Source: Bacteroides sp.
GTDB taxonomy: Bacteria > Bacteroidota > Bacteroidia > Bacteroidales > Bacteroidaceae
Direction: 5' to 3'
DNA length: 64,000 nt
NCBI GenBank assembly: GCA_030151635.1
Contig: JASLDF010000129.1
Coordinates: forward strand, 3,992-67,991
Positions within the stretch are counted from its first letter, which is position 1. Every line of letters begins with the position of its first letter. Under the pieces are notes generated by a model, which saw nothing but the letters and a program-made list of their open reading frames with translations, searched no databases and had not been told where the DNA came from. Shown here in pieces: positions 62,430 through 64,000 of the stretch. Both the position numbers and the translations under genes were made by a program.

Positions 62430-64000
62430 ACTTGTCACTATCTAAAGGAATAGTTATTTACTATATAAATAGTAGACCAGCTACTGCAGAAGATGTTAAT
62501 CAATTAGATATTACACAATCAAAACCATAGAAATAAATAATCATGCTTGTGCTAGGTATGGAGAAGATGTAGGCACTATTATTATAATACACACAACAAA
62601 TCTGCTAAATGGTTTCTCTGTGCAACTCCGTACAGTAGCAGACTATGGGCGAAAATTCTCATCTTTATCAAATTACAAGCAACTTATAAATATAAAAAAA
62701 CAGGCTTTACAACAGGCTTTGACTATAATAATCGTAAACTAAATAATTACCAAAATTATGAATATGAGTAGTTGTCAGATATCGTAAAATGGGAAATATA
62801 CTCTGACATTGAAGATAAGTTAAATCAAATAATAGGCCAAATATACTCTGCTGGATTAGATTATGATATTACTCCAGGACACCTACTTCGTGTAGGTTTT
62901 AGGCATCAATACGATGATAATCCAATAGTTCTCGAGTATCCTCAAGGTTGTAGATGATGTTAAGTCCAATGTAGAAGCACTTGAGTCCACCTGTGATGCA
63001 ACGAACCGAAAAACCATATCAATCTTTTTTACGAAGGTAAATTAGGGAATAGATGGCTATAGGAGCTTGCTTCAGATTATTTCTCCTCAAAAAACAAGAA
63101 CGATCAAATTATGTACGAACCCACTAGGGAATCGAAACTAATGAATGATAGAAGTAATAGACTTATCGGTATCTTTCCAAAGGTGCGATATAGTATCAAT
63201 AATCACCAACATATTCTATTTGGAGTTGATTGGACTAAATCGGAAATAGAACGAAATACGACAGCGAGTGTTTCAGATATAAACAATAATGATCAGAAAA
63301 TAGTAGAGGAAAAGAGAGCTGCTTTTGTTGATTATTATTGGGCGAGTAATAACAACTTATGGTATGCTAATGTTGGAGTAAGGTATGAAAATGTAGATAG
63401 TGAGAATAGAGATAGACTTCTAGACTACGCAACCAAGTTGCCGAAATATAAGAAGTTATTACCATCGGGTCTCGTTGGCATATGCTATCATTATATACTA
63501 CTCCGAGGGGGCCAACGTTATCTCAGTTAGAAGCCAATGAAATATATGTCAACAAATATATGTATCGGGTGGGAAATCCCAGTTTGCTACGTGAGATTAA
63601 TTATAATGTTAATTATGAGCTATCGTATAAATTTGCTTACCTATCTGCAGGGTATAGTCGCATTAAGAATAGTATGCAAGATGTGTCTAAACTAGAAAAG
63701 GTTGGAGATGGTGCTCGTATACGGACTAGCTATATAAATTTAGATTAAGCAAAGTCACTTCAACTGATAGCAAGTTTGTCTCCTAAGTTTAATGTGATAA
63801 TCCTGTCCTGACAGTGGGATATATTAAAACTGGGCTACAATCCCTAATCAAGCAAAACTAGAAACCGTACTGACTAAACCTTTCTTTATTATGCGTTAGT
63901 CGAATACTTTTACGTTGCCTCACGATTGGGTAATCCAGGCTGGTTTCGATTATAATGGTAAGGGAAATAATGGATATGTTATCTTTATATCGACCTATGC
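62430..64000 (+). pseudogene. Decayed TonB-dependent receptor / OMP_b-brl_3-type barrel gene; runs off the window
   Basis: Fragments in shifting frames: VIYYINSRPATAEDVNQLD / IKTIEINNHACARYGEDVGTIIII (plug), GLDYDITPGH, ANVGVRYE, PTLSQL..YRVGNPSL. Multiple frameshifts and stops; left boundary is approximate. Confidence 0.8.

Noticed and set aside
62772..63748. Three short + strand ORFs (61, 139 and 88 aa) as independent genes
   Set aside because: They are consecutive fragments of one decayed receptor gene.

Overview
AT-rich chromosomal segment of a Bacteroidales (most likely Bacteroidaceae) bacterium, judged from gene content, gene order and TAnnTTTG promoters. It is mostly core genome. In order: an N-terminally truncated hybrid two-component system coupled to a split chromate-transporter pair; two GHL10 hydrolases flanking uvrA; an ATP-grasp-like gene; an AAA ATPase plus pyruvate:ferredoxin oxidoreductase; GSCFA-murF/alr; dxs-trkAH; a 15-gene minus-strand envelope cluster (coaX to pqqD-like) divergent from lnb-AP-like-secA; groESL, hisS, a YugP-type peptidase, fur-purA, DPP III, an AraC protein, recQ and tRNA-fMet; then a heavily decayed TonB-dependent receptor pseudogene running off the right end. 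No CRISPR array, transposase, integrase or rRNA was seen. The best leads are: (i) an unannotated 42-aa TatA-like microprotein coupled to alr with no adjacent tatC; (ii) a shared sigma-54-like promoter architecture upstream of groES and the YugP peptidase; (iii) an insulated intergenic hairpin element with three copies of a 12-mer after uvrA; (iv) three apparent pseudoenzymes (HTCS, Walker-B E->Q AAA ATPase, alkaline-phosphatase fold); (v) an AraC protein with a thrice-repeated C-terminal motif. All family calls come from motif recognition and recalled synteny; no database searches were run.
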